Positions 34,057 through 42,903 of a stretch of 64,000 nt of DNA are shown piece after piece (position 1 is the stretch's first letter; each line of letters opens with the position of its first letter). The DNA comes from a virus. Position numbers and translations under genes: made by a program. The notes under the pieces were generated by a model, which was given only the letters and a program-made list of their open reading frames with translations, was not told where the DNA came from and did not search any database. The stretch lies in the IMG/VR virus record IMGVR_UViG_3300045988_134583, positions 1 through 64,000 of that record. One strand, written 5' to 3'.

Positions 34057-35148
34057 TTAAGCCGTCACGGTCACGTTGCAGGTGGCCTTGATAGCGTTGT
34101 TGCTCTTGAGGGTGATAGTGCAGGTATCGCTGCCCGCAGTGCTGCCACCGGTTACTACGCCGGTGTTGCTCACGGTAGCCTTGTCCCCGGCCATGGCATA
34201 GGTCATAGTGCCGTAGTCGGGCACAACGATGGAGTTATCTGCCATGAGGAAGCGCACGGGGATCTGAGCGGTAGCAGAGGTCTTTACGGTCACACCGCCG
34301 CCGATAACGACGAGGCCCTGTACATCCTGCTCTGCATCACCGTTGGGAACGTATACCCAGTAGGCCAGCTGAGACATGGCGCAGTCGGTGCATACAGTGG
34401 TATCGCCAACGGGGTCGTAAAGCAATGCGGTGCCGGACAGAGCGGTGGTGGCGTTGCTGGACTGAGAACCGTCGGTATCCGCCTTGGCGGAGAACTGCAT
34501 ACGAGGAATAATGCAGTAGAGCCAGCCGACCATGGAGGACTGAGAGCTTGCAACGGTGTTCTCGGTGCTGTAAACGGCAATCTGGATGGTTACGCGCTTA
34601 ATTGCAGGGGAGAACACGGAGTTGGCGACCAACTGTTTGGCGGAAGCCTTGTTTACCCAGTAGTACACCTTGTAGGTAGTACCGGAAGTGGCGGTGAAGC
34701 CTACAACTTCGTGGGTATCGTTGTTGATGGTGTAGGCGGTAGCGGCATTGGAAGTGCCGTCGCTTACATAAGCAACAATCTTGGACAAGCCCTGGGGAGC
34801 TACGGCGGTAGCAGAAGCAGAAATGCTCAGAGTGGTACTGGATGCGGTAACGATCTCGCACACAGGAGCGGGGGCGTTGTACGTCACCTGAGAACCGAGC
34901 TGCATTGCGCGGGCTTCCAGAGAGAAGTCAGCAGCGGTCAGTTCCAGATTGACAGCGGAATCGGAGGGGAGCTGAATGGCAATAGCGTTGCCCAGACCGG
35001 CCCGGACTTCATTCATGTTGACGGAAGTGGTCAGGTTTGCGGTCTGCACCTTATTGGACTGGTAATCTACGTTGCCGGTTAACGGATCGTCTACGACAAC
35101 GTTGCAAGTGCCCTTGGCATACAAGTTTTTATTATTGAGCTGAAGCAC
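34057..35148 (-). CDS. major tail protein with C-terminal Ig-like (Big_2) domain
   Basis: 363 aa upstream of the chaperone and TMP. C-terminus ATVSNTGVVTGGSTAGSDTCTITLKSNNAIKATCNVTVTA is Big_2-like. Confidence 0.6.
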   Translation of the reverse strand: MLQLNNKNLYAKGTCNVVVDDPLTGNVDYQSNKVQTANLTTSVNMNEVRAGLGNAIAIQLPSDSAVNLELTAADFSLEARAMQLGSQVTYNAPAPVCEIVTASSTTLSISASATAVAPQGLSKIVAYVSDGTSNAATAYTINNDTHEVVGFTATSGTTYKVYYWVNKASAKQLVANSVFSPAIKRVTIQIAVYSTENTVASSQSSMVGWLYCIIPRMQFSAKADTDGSQSSNATTALSGTALLYDPVGDTTVCTDCAMSQLAYWVYVPNGDAEQDVQGLVVIGGGVTVKTSATAQIPVRFLMADNSIVVPDYGTMTYAMAGDKATVSNTGVVTGGSTAGSDTCTITLKSNNAIKATCNVTVTA

Positions 35149-35166
35149 AGTGGTTTCTCCTTTGCT

Positions 35167-36009
35167 TTATGAAATTGATGGTGTGTTAGGCGCATTTTGA
35201 TCTGTGGAAATAGTGGCGTTATGAGCCTTTTGCAGAGCATCCATAGAAATAAGACCGGCTGTATCGCTCTTTTCCCGGTCAAAACACCAGGAAGGTGTCG
35301 GGTTGCCCTCCTTGTACTTTCCTCCGTTTGCTTCTACAATGGCGGCGACCAGATAGCCGTATCGCCTTGAAATGGAGCGGACTTCCTCTTCAAACTCTTT
35401 TATCGTCCACTCGAAAAGCTCACTTTTTCGTATCCTTCTTTCGCTTGCTACGCTTGCAAGAAGGTCGTTCAGTTCAGTGTTCAGCGGCACGGCATTGGCC
35501 GCATTCATATCTTCCTGCGCCTGTATAAGATCGGGGTTATCCGCTTCGTCCGGAAGCGTTTCCCCGTTAAGTTCGGCTATCAGCTCCCGCACCTGCTGGA
35601 ACTGAGCGGACGTTATTTGGTACGTCCTGTCGCCTTGTTTGATTTGGATGGCCGTTAGCGCACGTTGGTTCGAAACCTTCCCTAATGGGACGATCTCATC
35701 CTTATCTGATAGCCGCAACGATAAGAACAGGATCTTCATCAGGGCTGGCCACTCGCCTCCGCCCGCTTCCGGGCCTTGCATCATACGGGAAATGGCCGCG
35801 TCATAACTCATTGCCCATACGCACTCAAGGTATGGAAGCACGGCGTATTGTACAGGGAGCGTGCCCTGACGCAGCAAGAGCACTGGCTTACACGCCTGCC
35901 ATATTTCGTAATCTTCTACTAACAGGGGATAGTAGACCATTCCTTCCAGCTCTACCGCTTCATTCTTTTGCAGAGCTTTCCGTTTATCTGAAAAGGGGTG
36001 TACATGCAT
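35167..36009 (-). CDS. hypothetical structural-module protein (280 aa)
   Basis: ORF in the head-tail joining region. Confidence 0.5.
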   Translation of the reverse strand: MHVHPFSDKRKALQKNEAVELEGMVYYPLLVEDYEIWQACKPVLLLRQGTLPVQYAVLPYLECVWAMSYDAAISRMMQGPEAGGGEWPALMKILFLSLRLSDKDEIVPLGKVSNQRALTAIQIKQGDRTYQITSAQFQQVRELIAELNGETLPDEADNPDLIQAQEDMNAANAVPLNTELNDLLASVASERRIRKSELFEWTIKEFEEEVRSISRRYGYLVAAIVEANGGKYKEGNPTPSWCFDREKSDTAGLISMDALQKAHNATISTDQNAPNTPSIS

Positions 36010-36032
36010 TCGTCTGCCGCCCTTCTCATGCG

Positions 36033-36698
36033 TTAAGTGACTGGCATCTCGCCCAGCTTATCGCCCATGATCGTAAGACCCATAACAAGCTGGTAGCCTA
36101 CGTTATGCGCGTCGTCCGTTATGTAGCGGATCCCGCACTCGGCGTTCTGTTTCCGGTCAAAATAGAAGGTTCCAACGCCCACGCCCATATTCAAGCCAGC
36201 AAGAGCGGCCATAATATCGGATGTAATTGCCCATGACCGGGAGAGCGCATAGTCCTTTGTGTTGGAATCGTAGGAGGTATTGCACAGCGTCCGGAACACT
36301 ACGGAAAGTTCCGACTTAAAGGGGTTGGATGCCTGTGCATATCCCATAAATGCGTTGATTCTGGTCTGCGCCTTTTCCTGTGCCTGTAACACTGCCATCT
36401 GAGGGAACATCCTGTAGCCTTTAAGCGTGGGTGCCGCATCCGGTTTTTCCGGGTCATATATAATGGAGAGCTTTTCTTCGGGAGTGGGAATGCGCTGATC
36501 CAGTGGCCGTGCATCATCCCAAAACAGTCTCTTGACAAGCCGCACCCTTGGGCATCGGTTATCCTCAAACGGGACGTGGGTTCCGGTGGGCATATCCAAT
36601 AAGTAGTAAAACACCTTGCGAAGCAGCTTTTCAGCATCCGGGAAGGTGAGATATGCCTGTGTCCGCTCATACGGTTCATACCAGTTTTCAAAGGCCAT
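36033..36698 (-). CDS. hypothetical structural-module protein (221 aa)
   Basis: ORF in the head-tail joining region. Confidence 0.5.
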   Translation of the reverse strand: MAFENWYEPYERTQAYLTFPDAEKLLRKVFYYLLDMPTGTHVPFEDNRCPRVRLVKRLFWDDARPLDQRIPTPEEKLSIIYDPEKPDAAPTLKGYRMFPQMAVLQAQEKAQTRINAFMGYAQASNPFKSELSVVFRTLCNTSYDSNTKDYALSRSWAITSDIMAALAGLNMGVGVGTFYFDRKQNAECGIRYITDDAHNVGYQLVMGLTIMGDKLGEMPVT

Positions 36699-36705
36699 GG
36701 TGTTG

Positions 36706-37278
36706 TTACTCCTTGACCTTTTCCGCCTCGATCTTTTTAAGGGTTTCCAGCAGCTCGTTAAGATCGTCCGGTGTAAGGGCGTTCATCTTATTTGCCATAA
36801 GAGTACGCCCTACAGGGTCATTTTTCAGAGCCATTTCCTGCTCGATCTCGATGTTCAACATCCGGAGGAACTGATGGTAATCATTCAGCATCTCATAACA
36901 GGCATCTGCCACTCCGGGGGTCTTACTCCGTTTCATGCGGTCGATCTGAGCTTCAAAGTTGCCCCAGCGGTCTGTATCGTCAGCAGACATAAGCCACTGG
37001 ATAGGCTTGCCGCCTTCGCTTTCCTCCGTATGCACCGGGTCAAATCCCTTCCGCATATACTCCTTAACGAAAACGCCCGTCTTAAACATGGCCTCCCGTA
37101 GAGTATTCCGATCTGCCATATCGGGAATGGCAGTCTTTTCGCCCCCGTCCATAATGGCTACAGGCTTTGTCTCCACTACGAGCTGGGCGATAAACTTTGC
37201 AGCTACCCATTTCTGCGTAACGGGCATGTAGGTGTTGGCGTTCTTTATATCGTTTTCCGTTATAACAATGCGTTCCAT
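36706..37278 (-). CDS. hypothetical structural-module protein (190 aa)
   Basis: Start moved to MERIVITEN after AAAGGAGAA. The longer track ORF would run through the tRNA. Confidence 0.5.
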   Translation of the reverse strand: MERIVITENDIKNANTYMPVTQKWVAAKFIAQLVVETKPVAIMDGGEKTAIPDMADRNTLREAMFKTGVFVKEYMRKGFDPVHTEESEGGKPIQWLMSADDTDRWGNFEAQIDRMKRSKTPGVADACYEMLNDYHQFLRMLNIEIEQEMALKNDPVGRTLMANKMNALTPDDLNELLETLKKIEAEKVKE

Positions 37279-37311
37279 GCGTATTTTCTCCTTTTTTTGC
37301 ATGTTGGATAT

Positions 37312-37385
37312 TGGCAGGGATGGAAGGTATCGAACCTTCTGCATCCGGGTCAAAACCGGATATTCTCCCTTTGAACTACATCCCT
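37312..37385 (-). tRNA. tRNA-Gln (anticodon UUG), CCA encoded
   Basis: Hand-folded cloverleaf: acceptor AGGGATG/CATCCCT, D stem GTTC/GAAT, anticodon stem TCCGG/CCGGA with loop TTTTGAC, T arm GAAGG-TTCGATA-CCTTC, then G-CCA. Confidence 0.85.
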
Positions 37386-37833
37386 ATGCGTTCTGTCCCC
37401 AGCGAAGCGTGTTGTAATACTCTTTAACGGCCTTTATGGAATATACCGCCTTGGAGTTTTCAAATTCTTCGTGAGCACGGCAGAAACTCTCGTACTCGTC
37501 AATGTCTGTCAGGACATCTTCCAGCCGCTCTTTCGATGGCTTCCGTCCTTCTGCGATCTCGTCTGCCATCTGCAAAGCCCTGCGTCTGGCTTCCTTTGCG
37601 TTCTTGATCTCATCAGCATGGACGTGCTCGTCATGCTTTTCGCACAGCTCGTCCAGTCGCTTTTTCATCTCCTGAATAAGGGAGTATGTCTGCTCTTCCT
37701 GTTTCTCGATCTTTGCTTTGCTCTTATCTTCCTTGTTCCACTTACGGGTCAGAAACAGTCCGGTCAGGGATACTGCCGCCCCTATGGCCGCACTGGTTCC
37801 GTAAGTGATTACTGCGCTTACCACTTCATTCAT
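37384..37833 (-). CDS. membrane-anchored coiled-coil protein (149 aa)
   Basis: N-terminal TM (VVSAVITYGTSAAIGAAVSLTGLFL) followed by a charged helical region. The stop overlaps the tRNA 5' end by 2 nt. Confidence 0.5.
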   Translation of the reverse strand: MNEVVSAVITYGTSAAIGAAVSLTGLFLTRKWNKEDKSKAKIEKQEEQTYSLIQEMKKRLDELCEKHDEHVHADEIKNAKEARRRALQMADEIAEGRKPSKERLEDVLTDIDEYESFCRAHEEFENSKAVYSIKAVKEYYNTLRWGQNA

Positions 37834-37853
37834 TTTTTACCCTTCCGGCGGGA

Positions 37854-38060
37854 TTATTTGCCCTGATAGACCGCACAAACCCGGCCTGGGTCGTCCGCCA
37901 CTTCGTATCTTTTGGTCATGCCGCAATACCGCTGGAAGGCGCAGATGCATTGGGATGCTTCATGCGTATTGGTCGGCTCCTTCCCTCCAGGGTAAAGCTT
38001 GGAACACGTTACAAACCGCCATAGGCTATCCCGCCGGGCGTATTCGCAGTTATATGCCAT
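37854..38060 (-). CDS. Cys-rich hypothetical protein (68 aa)
   Basis: ORF in an operon gap. Confidence 0.4.
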   Translation of the reverse strand: MAYNCEYARRDSLWRFVTCSKLYPGGKEPTNTHEASQCICAFQRYCGMTKRYEVADDPGRVCAVYQGK

Positions 38061-38070
38061 GGGTTTCTCC

Positions 38071-39378
38071 TTAAAAAGCCATCAAAACGACGATCTGCTC
38101 TGCCGTCTGTCCGTTGCAGGAGGCAGTTATCGTCAGGGGAATATTAGAGGTGTCGTAGCAGGTGACGATCAGTGTGTTTCCGTCCGTTACGGCCTTATAG
38201 CACGTTTCTTCCGGGCCGGAGAAGGTGTAAGTAATGGGGTTCTCCGTTTTCACCCCGTCCTCATAGTAAGCAGCTTCGGTATTGAAACTCTCATACTGGC
38301 CTATTTTCATAGGTACTGGCATAAGGAACTGCACAAAATCATTTGTAGAGGACTTGGCGACTGTTATTTCCAGCGTTTTTCTGATGGAAGGGTTCTCGTG
38401 CAAGTAGCACTCTATCTCGGCAGAGCCAGCCCCCTTTGCCGTCACATTCCCCTCTGCGTCCACGGCAAGCACATCTGTATCGCTGCTGTCCCAGCCGTAA
38501 GAGAAGGGGAATTTATCTCCGTCCGGTGTTTCTCCGTTACGCACGGATACCGGAACCAGCTTTTGCTTGGTTCCTGCGATCATGCTATGACTTCCTTCCA
38601 TCGTTATCTCCCAGGAGAAAGCGCCTGCATCGGCCACTTCGTTTTCCAGATCGTCATACACATTGGCTTCGCTAAGTCTGCACTCAGCTTTTATGACGTG
38701 ATTACTGTCCGCTTCCATGGTGTAGTCCCGGACAAAATTAGTCATACCCGTCAGGTAGTACCCTTCCCCGCCCAATATGATCCGCGTATTGTTTTTTACG
38801 TCCCGTGTGGTGTCATTCAGCTGTAAGATAACGTGCTGATAGGTGCTCGGCAGGGTGATATACTCCGTTACCCAGTTGGCAGACGCAAGGCTCATGCCCT
38901 TGGAGTAGGACATTGGCGTTTTTACCACGTTGCCGTAATAATCCAGGTGGTTATAAGTGCAGTTGCACCGGCGTACTACCGCATTTCCCACGATAGAGGC
39001 CGTGTTGCCGGGATTGACTACGATCCAGTAATTGTTGTTAAAGTACACATACGCGCCGGAAGGAATGTAGTCTATGCTGTCGTTTTCCAGCAGAATGGTC
39101 TGCCAATCGTCCCCCAGATGCTCCCCCGTGGTAGGGTTAATGAGGTCAGAGGAGCGGAGTTTTACAGGCGTCCATGCGTAAAAATCCTTGTAATCTACGC
39201 CCTGAATCTCTCCTTCAAACACATCGGAGGCGAGATAGAAATTCCTTCTGTAAAAGGCTTTGGTAGCCTTGCTGAAAAGCTGCTTTTGCAATCCCCCTGC
39301 ATGAGGGACGTTGGAACCAAACGAAGAAGGGAGCTTCCCCGCCGTAGCCGTCCTGATATTTTTCTGAATATCCGCCAT
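38071..39378 (-). CDS. structural protein with Ig-like (Big_2) domain(s)
   Basis: DTDVLAVDAEGNVTAKGAGSAEIECYL...LEITV is a Big_2-like motif. 435 aa. Confidence 0.6.
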   Translation of the reverse strand: MADIQKNIRTATAGKLPSSFGSNVPHAGGLQKQLFSKATKAFYRRNFYLASDVFEGEIQGVDYKDFYAWTPVKLRSSDLINPTTGEHLGDDWQTILLENDSIDYIPSGAYVYFNNNYWIVVNPGNTASIVGNAVVRRCNCTYNHLDYYGNVVKTPMSYSKGMSLASANWVTEYITLPSTYQHVILQLNDTTRDVKNNTRIILGGEGYYLTGMTNFVRDYTMEADSNHVIKAECRLSEANVYDDLENEVADAGAFSWEITMEGSHSMIAGTKQKLVPVSVRNGETPDGDKFPFSYGWDSSDTDVLAVDAEGNVTAKGAGSAEIECYLHENPSIRKTLEITVAKSSTNDFVQFLMPVPMKIGQYESFNTEAAYYEDGVKTENPITYTFSGPEETCYKAVTDGNTLIVTCYDTSNIPLTITASCNGQTAEQIVVLMAF

Positions 39379-39426
39379 GCAATGCTCCCTTCTAATATGC
39401 GTCCATATGTATTTCTTTTGTGCAAA

Positions 39427-40140
39427 TCACGGTGAAAACCGAACGTGCTTAATAATTACCTGTCTGTAGTGGGCGTTTTGCTCGTACTTCATAAGGCGGT
39501 CATTCAGCTCAATCTGAATCTGCCTGCGCTTACGCTCCTGTGCTTCCGTCCACGCGCCCTCGGTAGAGGACGGCTTAAACGTCTTATCGTAGGTCTTGGG
39601 TGTCCGGTCTATCCATGCTCCGGAGAAGGCCGTCTCCCATAGGCTTCCCAGACACATACACAGGATCTCCTTTATCTCCCCATTCAACGGGTTATCGAAA
39701 ACTGCATCCGTATAAAAATCCAGTTCGATTATGTCCTCTGCCCTGACAGGGGAATCTTCGGAGGCGTATACCGTAACGTCCCCACTTGTGGGGTCGTAGG
39801 ATCCAGTTCTTGGGGTGTATACGGTATCCCCGAATCGATCTTTGGAGATAATGCCAATGGAGCACAGTTCATATCCCGTGCGTCCACTGGCTATCATCAC
39901 GTTTTCTTCCGTGTAGTTTCCCTGTACCTTTTCCATGCTGTCGAAGGACGGCTCGGAATAAGTCAGGTATTCCCGCATTTCAGGCGGACGGTCAAATTTC
40001 GTGACTGCCAGCTCCATCATTTGGGACTTCTGTCGCAGAAAAAGGGCCGGATTCTCTGAGAAATCCTGTTCCCATCTGTCGTCGTTAATGACTTTGGACG
40101 CCATTGCCAGCGTAATGATGTCTGTAAAGGTGGTGGCCAC
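39427..40140 (-). CDS. hypothetical head-tail module protein (237 aa)
   Basis: ORF, positional call only. Confidence 0.5.
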   Translation of the reverse strand: MATTFTDIITLAMASKVINDDRWEQDFSENPALFLRQKSQMMELAVTKFDRPPEMREYLTYSEPSFDSMEKVQGNYTEENVMIASGRTGYELCSIGIISKDRFGDTVYTPRTGSYDPTSGDVTVYASEDSPVRAEDIIELDFYTDAVFDNPLNGEIKEILCMCLGSLWETAFSGAWIDRTPKTYDKTFKPSSTEGAWTEAQERKRRQIQIELNDRLMKYEQNAHYRQVIIKHVRFSP

Positions 40141-40193
40141 GCATGTCCTCCCGAATTAGTTCTATGTGGAACTTGTTCCACGCTGTTTCACGG

Positions 40194-40937
40194 TTAGTCT
40201 CTCTCGTCTGCCTCGTCCCGTTCGTTCATTCCCCGGATGATGGCAATGAAGTCTCCGTCTCTGCGAGGATCTACATCCGGCAGGTCTCTGTAACGCTTTT
40301 TGGACAGCTTATTGAGCTTCACGATCAGATCCCGATTGCCCAGAATCCGCTTATCGCCGTTCTCGTATGCTTCCAGGAACTTACTGGCCACAGCGTCCTT
40401 ATAGGCGGGGCAAAGATCCTGATACACATCCAGCAGCTTTTCAGGCCGTTCGACGAAGTTCCGGAACATATCCTCACTCATGACCTCATTGGGTGCATAA
40501 GAGACCTCATACATAGCCCGTTCTTCGTCCGTAAGGCCGTCCATGACCAGCAGTTTTCTCTTTTTCAGGAGCAGCTGCACGAAGTTATCCCGGAACTCTC
40601 CGAAAAAATCATCCCTGCTTACGGAGAAACGGCCTATGGGGCCTGTAATGGAGCCAAATTTGCCGTTATTGCCGAACTGGATATAGTTATCGTCCGAACA
40701 GGAATCCATAAAAAGAAGCTTAACCATGGGCTTCTCAGCTGTTACCTGTACCACGCTATTGGCGGTGGCAGCCTGCATCTTCGCCATGGCTTCCTTGACG
40801 GCGGCTTCTACAAGAGCCTGCACCTGCTCTTTTGTGAAGGTTTCAGGTGCCTTTTCCTCGGCAACGGGTTCCTGCTTTTTATTCTCTTTTGCGGCCTTAC
40901 GAGCGGCCTTTTCTTCCTCAGTCAGCTTTGCAGCCAT
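40194..40937 (-). CDS. hypothetical structural protein with charged N-terminus (247 aa)
   Basis: ORF downstream of the capsid gene. Lys/Glu/Ala-rich N-terminus. Confidence 0.5.
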   Translation of the reverse strand: MAAKLTEEEKAARKAAKENKKQEPVAEEKAPETFTKEQVQALVEAAVKEAMAKMQAATANSVVQVTAEKPMVKLLFMDSCSDDNYIQFGNNGKFGSITGPIGRFSVSRDDFFGEFRDNFVQLLLKKRKLLVMDGLTDEERAMYEVSYAPNEVMSEDMFRNFVERPEKLLDVYQDLCPAYKDAVASKFLEAYENGDKRILGNRDLIVKLNKLSKKRYRDLPDVDPRRDGDFIAIIRGMNERDEADERD

Positions 40938-40979
40938 GTGTTTTTCTTCCTTTCTTTACATGGTTTTGTGCTTGTAAAA

Positions 40980-41023
40980 TGGCGCGGGCTTCCGGAGTCG
41001 AACCGGAAAGAGCCTCAACCCGC
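40980..41023 (-). other. tRNA-like acceptor/T-arm minihelix ending in CCA (not a full tRNA)
   Basis: Minus strand: GCGGGTT-GAGGCTCTT-TCCGG-TTCGACT-CCGGA-AGCCCGC-G-CCA. A 7-bp acceptor-like stem plus a canonical T arm, with no D or anticodon arms. Confidence 0.5.
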
Positions 41024-41030
41024 ATGTATA

Positions 41031-41053
41031 GGAGGGAGAGGTTGTCTCCCTCC
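41031..41053 (-). terminator. 9-bp GC stem-loop directly after the capsid gene
   Basis: GGAGGGAGA-CAACC-TCTCCCTCC with no T-run. Likely an attenuator or mRNA stabiliser. Confidence 0.4.
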
Positions 41054-41063
41054 TTGAAGCACA

Positions 41064-42272
41064 TCAGGTGATGGAGCTGATAACACCGATCTTGGAACCC
41101 ATGGGGGCGATAGCGCCTACACTCAGGGTCATGTTGATATCGATGCTGTTGTCGCCGGTCTCCCGAGGATCCATCTCAATGACGATAGGATCGTCCTCGA
41201 AGATAATATAAACGGGCGCATAGCCTTCGCCAGCACGGGCAACCATCCAGATGGTGTCGGTGGGCAGCATCTCGGTGGGAGCGGCGTTGTTGACGGTGCC
41301 AGCGGGGTACGCGTTCTGGATGAGCGCCATGGGAACGCCCAGAGCGGTGCCCATGTAGCCCCGGCTGAACCATTCCTGACCCAGCTGGTAGGTGAGGGCG
41401 GCGTCCTGAGAAGTGCCGGAGGGCAGTACCTTGGACAGGGGCAGCCAGTCACCGTATGCTACGATGCTCTCACGGGGCAGACCGTTGGCCTGAGACACTG
41501 CCTTTGCCAGAGAAATCCAGTTGGCGGTGGTGTATCCGGTTTTCTTGAGGTAGGCAGGGATAGCAGCCGCATTGGCGATACCTGCGGTCATGGCCGCATT
41601 CCACATGGCGAGAATTTTGTTCTCGATGCCGCCAGCCATGGCGAGGTAGTACCGACCGATGTCCGCACCGCCGTCCTGATTGCCCACGAGCTGATACCAC
41701 TTGACCTTGGCAGCTGCACTCTTGGGAGTGGGGTTGCAAGTGATATTCTTCTCGTACAGGTAGTTCTTGGGCACACTGCGGGAAGCGCCCCAGGAGCTAT
41801 CCTGGAAAACGAAGATATCATTGGACAGAGTCCGCACCTCGTAGGTCTTGCCAATGGGAGTACGATCTACAAAGGCCAGATCGCCCAGAGCGTTAGAGGT
41901 GGTGTAGGGAATCATGGGAGAAATTACCTCGGTGGTAATTCCCTGCAAGGTTGCCAGGAAGGAGTTATTCCGGAACCACTGCTTCTGACCCCGCAGGAAC
42001 TCCGCGTAATCCTGGGGAGCGTCTTGACCGGTGGCCTGAGCGGCTACCTTGGCGCAGAACAAGAAGGTTTTCTGAGAAATACTCTCATTCATCTTCCTGT
42101 ACTCGGCCTCGTTCATACGAGCCTCGAACTTCTCTTTACGGGCATTGGCAAACAGTTTTCCATGGCTCTCGGCCAGAAGCAGACGGCTGCCAGCAACGAT
42201 TTCCTTACGCTCGTCGGTTCTGCTGCCCACGAACAGGGAAGCAGGGGCGTTGTTAAGTTTCAAGGATTCCAT
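41064..42272 (-). CDS. major capsid protein
   Basis: 402 aa downstream of the protease/scaffold-position gene, followed by a strong stem-loop. Call is positional plus size. Confidence 0.65.
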   Translation of the reverse strand: MESLKLNNAPASLFVGSRTDERKEIVAGSRLLLAESHGKLFANARKEKFEARMNEAEYRKMNESISQKTFLFCAKVAAQATGQDAPQDYAEFLRGQKQWFRNNSFLATLQGITTEVISPMIPYTTSNALGDLAFVDRTPIGKTYEVRTLSNDIFVFQDSSWGASRSVPKNYLYEKNITCNPTPKSAAAKVKWYQLVGNQDGGADIGRYYLAMAGGIENKILAMWNAAMTAGIANAAAIPAYLKKTGYTTANWISLAKAVSQANGLPRESIVAYGDWLPLSKVLPSGTSQDAALTYQLGQEWFSRGYMGTALGVPMALIQNAYPAGTVNNAAPTEMLPTDTIWMVARAGEGYAPVYIIFEDDPIVIEMDPRETGDNSIDINMTLSVGAIAPMGSKIGVISSIT

Positions 42273-42291
42273 TTATTTCACTTCCTCTCTG

Positions 42292-42882
42292 TTAGGCAGT
42301 AGCCACGTTGACGTCGCGGCAGGCCATGACATCGTAGTAGGTCATGCCAGCCCAGGAACCCACGGTGGCATTGCCGGTGTCTACCAGCTTGAAGTAAGGG
42401 GTGCCAGCCTTGGGAGCGGCAGATGCGGGAACCAGCAGACCAGCCGCAATGGTGAAGTAGGTGTTGGAGCCGATGGCAGTGCTCAGATTGCCGATGCCGA
42501 AGCGATAAATCTTATCGTTGGAGTCAAAGTCAATCTTGGTGAAGGTGGTGGGGATACCGGCCACTTCGCCCAGACCCAGAGTTTCGGTGCCCACCTTATA
42601 GGCGTTACCGGAAGCACTGGAAACCATCTGCACATCGTAGGGATTGCATGCGTAGATGCCGGTGATGTCGGAAGCGGCAGCAGCGGTCATGAGGTAGGCA
42701 TTCATGTTGTTGATGCCGGTATACCCCTGATTGGGGTAACGGTTGCCACGGACGCAGAGCAGACCAGCGGAGCAGTCTGCGTTGGCACTGGAAGCCTGAT
42801 ATACGCCGGTGATGTTCGCCAGCTCGTCGTAGACGGAGTTGGAGCACTTCACCTCAAACATGGTGTTTGCGATAAAAGCCAT
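42292..42882 (-). CDS. capsid-module protein (possible decoration protein)
   Basis: 196 aa between the scaffold/protease-position gene and the capsid gene. Confidence 0.45.
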   Translation of the reverse strand: MAFIANTMFEVKCSNSVYDELANITGVYQASSANADCSAGLLCVRGNRYPNQGYTGINNMNAYLMTAAAASDITGIYACNPYDVQMVSSASGNAYKVGTETLGLGEVAGIPTTFTKIDFDSNDKIYRFGIGNLSTAIGSNTYFTIAAGLLVPASAAPKAGTPYFKLVDTGNATVGSWAGMTYYDVMACRDVNVATA

Positions 42883-42903
42883 GTGGTTTATTTTCCTTTC
42901 TCT

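Noticed and set aside
40980-41063. A full-length tRNA gene after the capsid gene
   Set aside because: No D arm or anticodon arm can be drawn. The upstream GGAGGGAGA/TCTCCCTCC helix has a 5-nt loop and is a plain hairpin. It is kept only as a tRNA-like minihelix.
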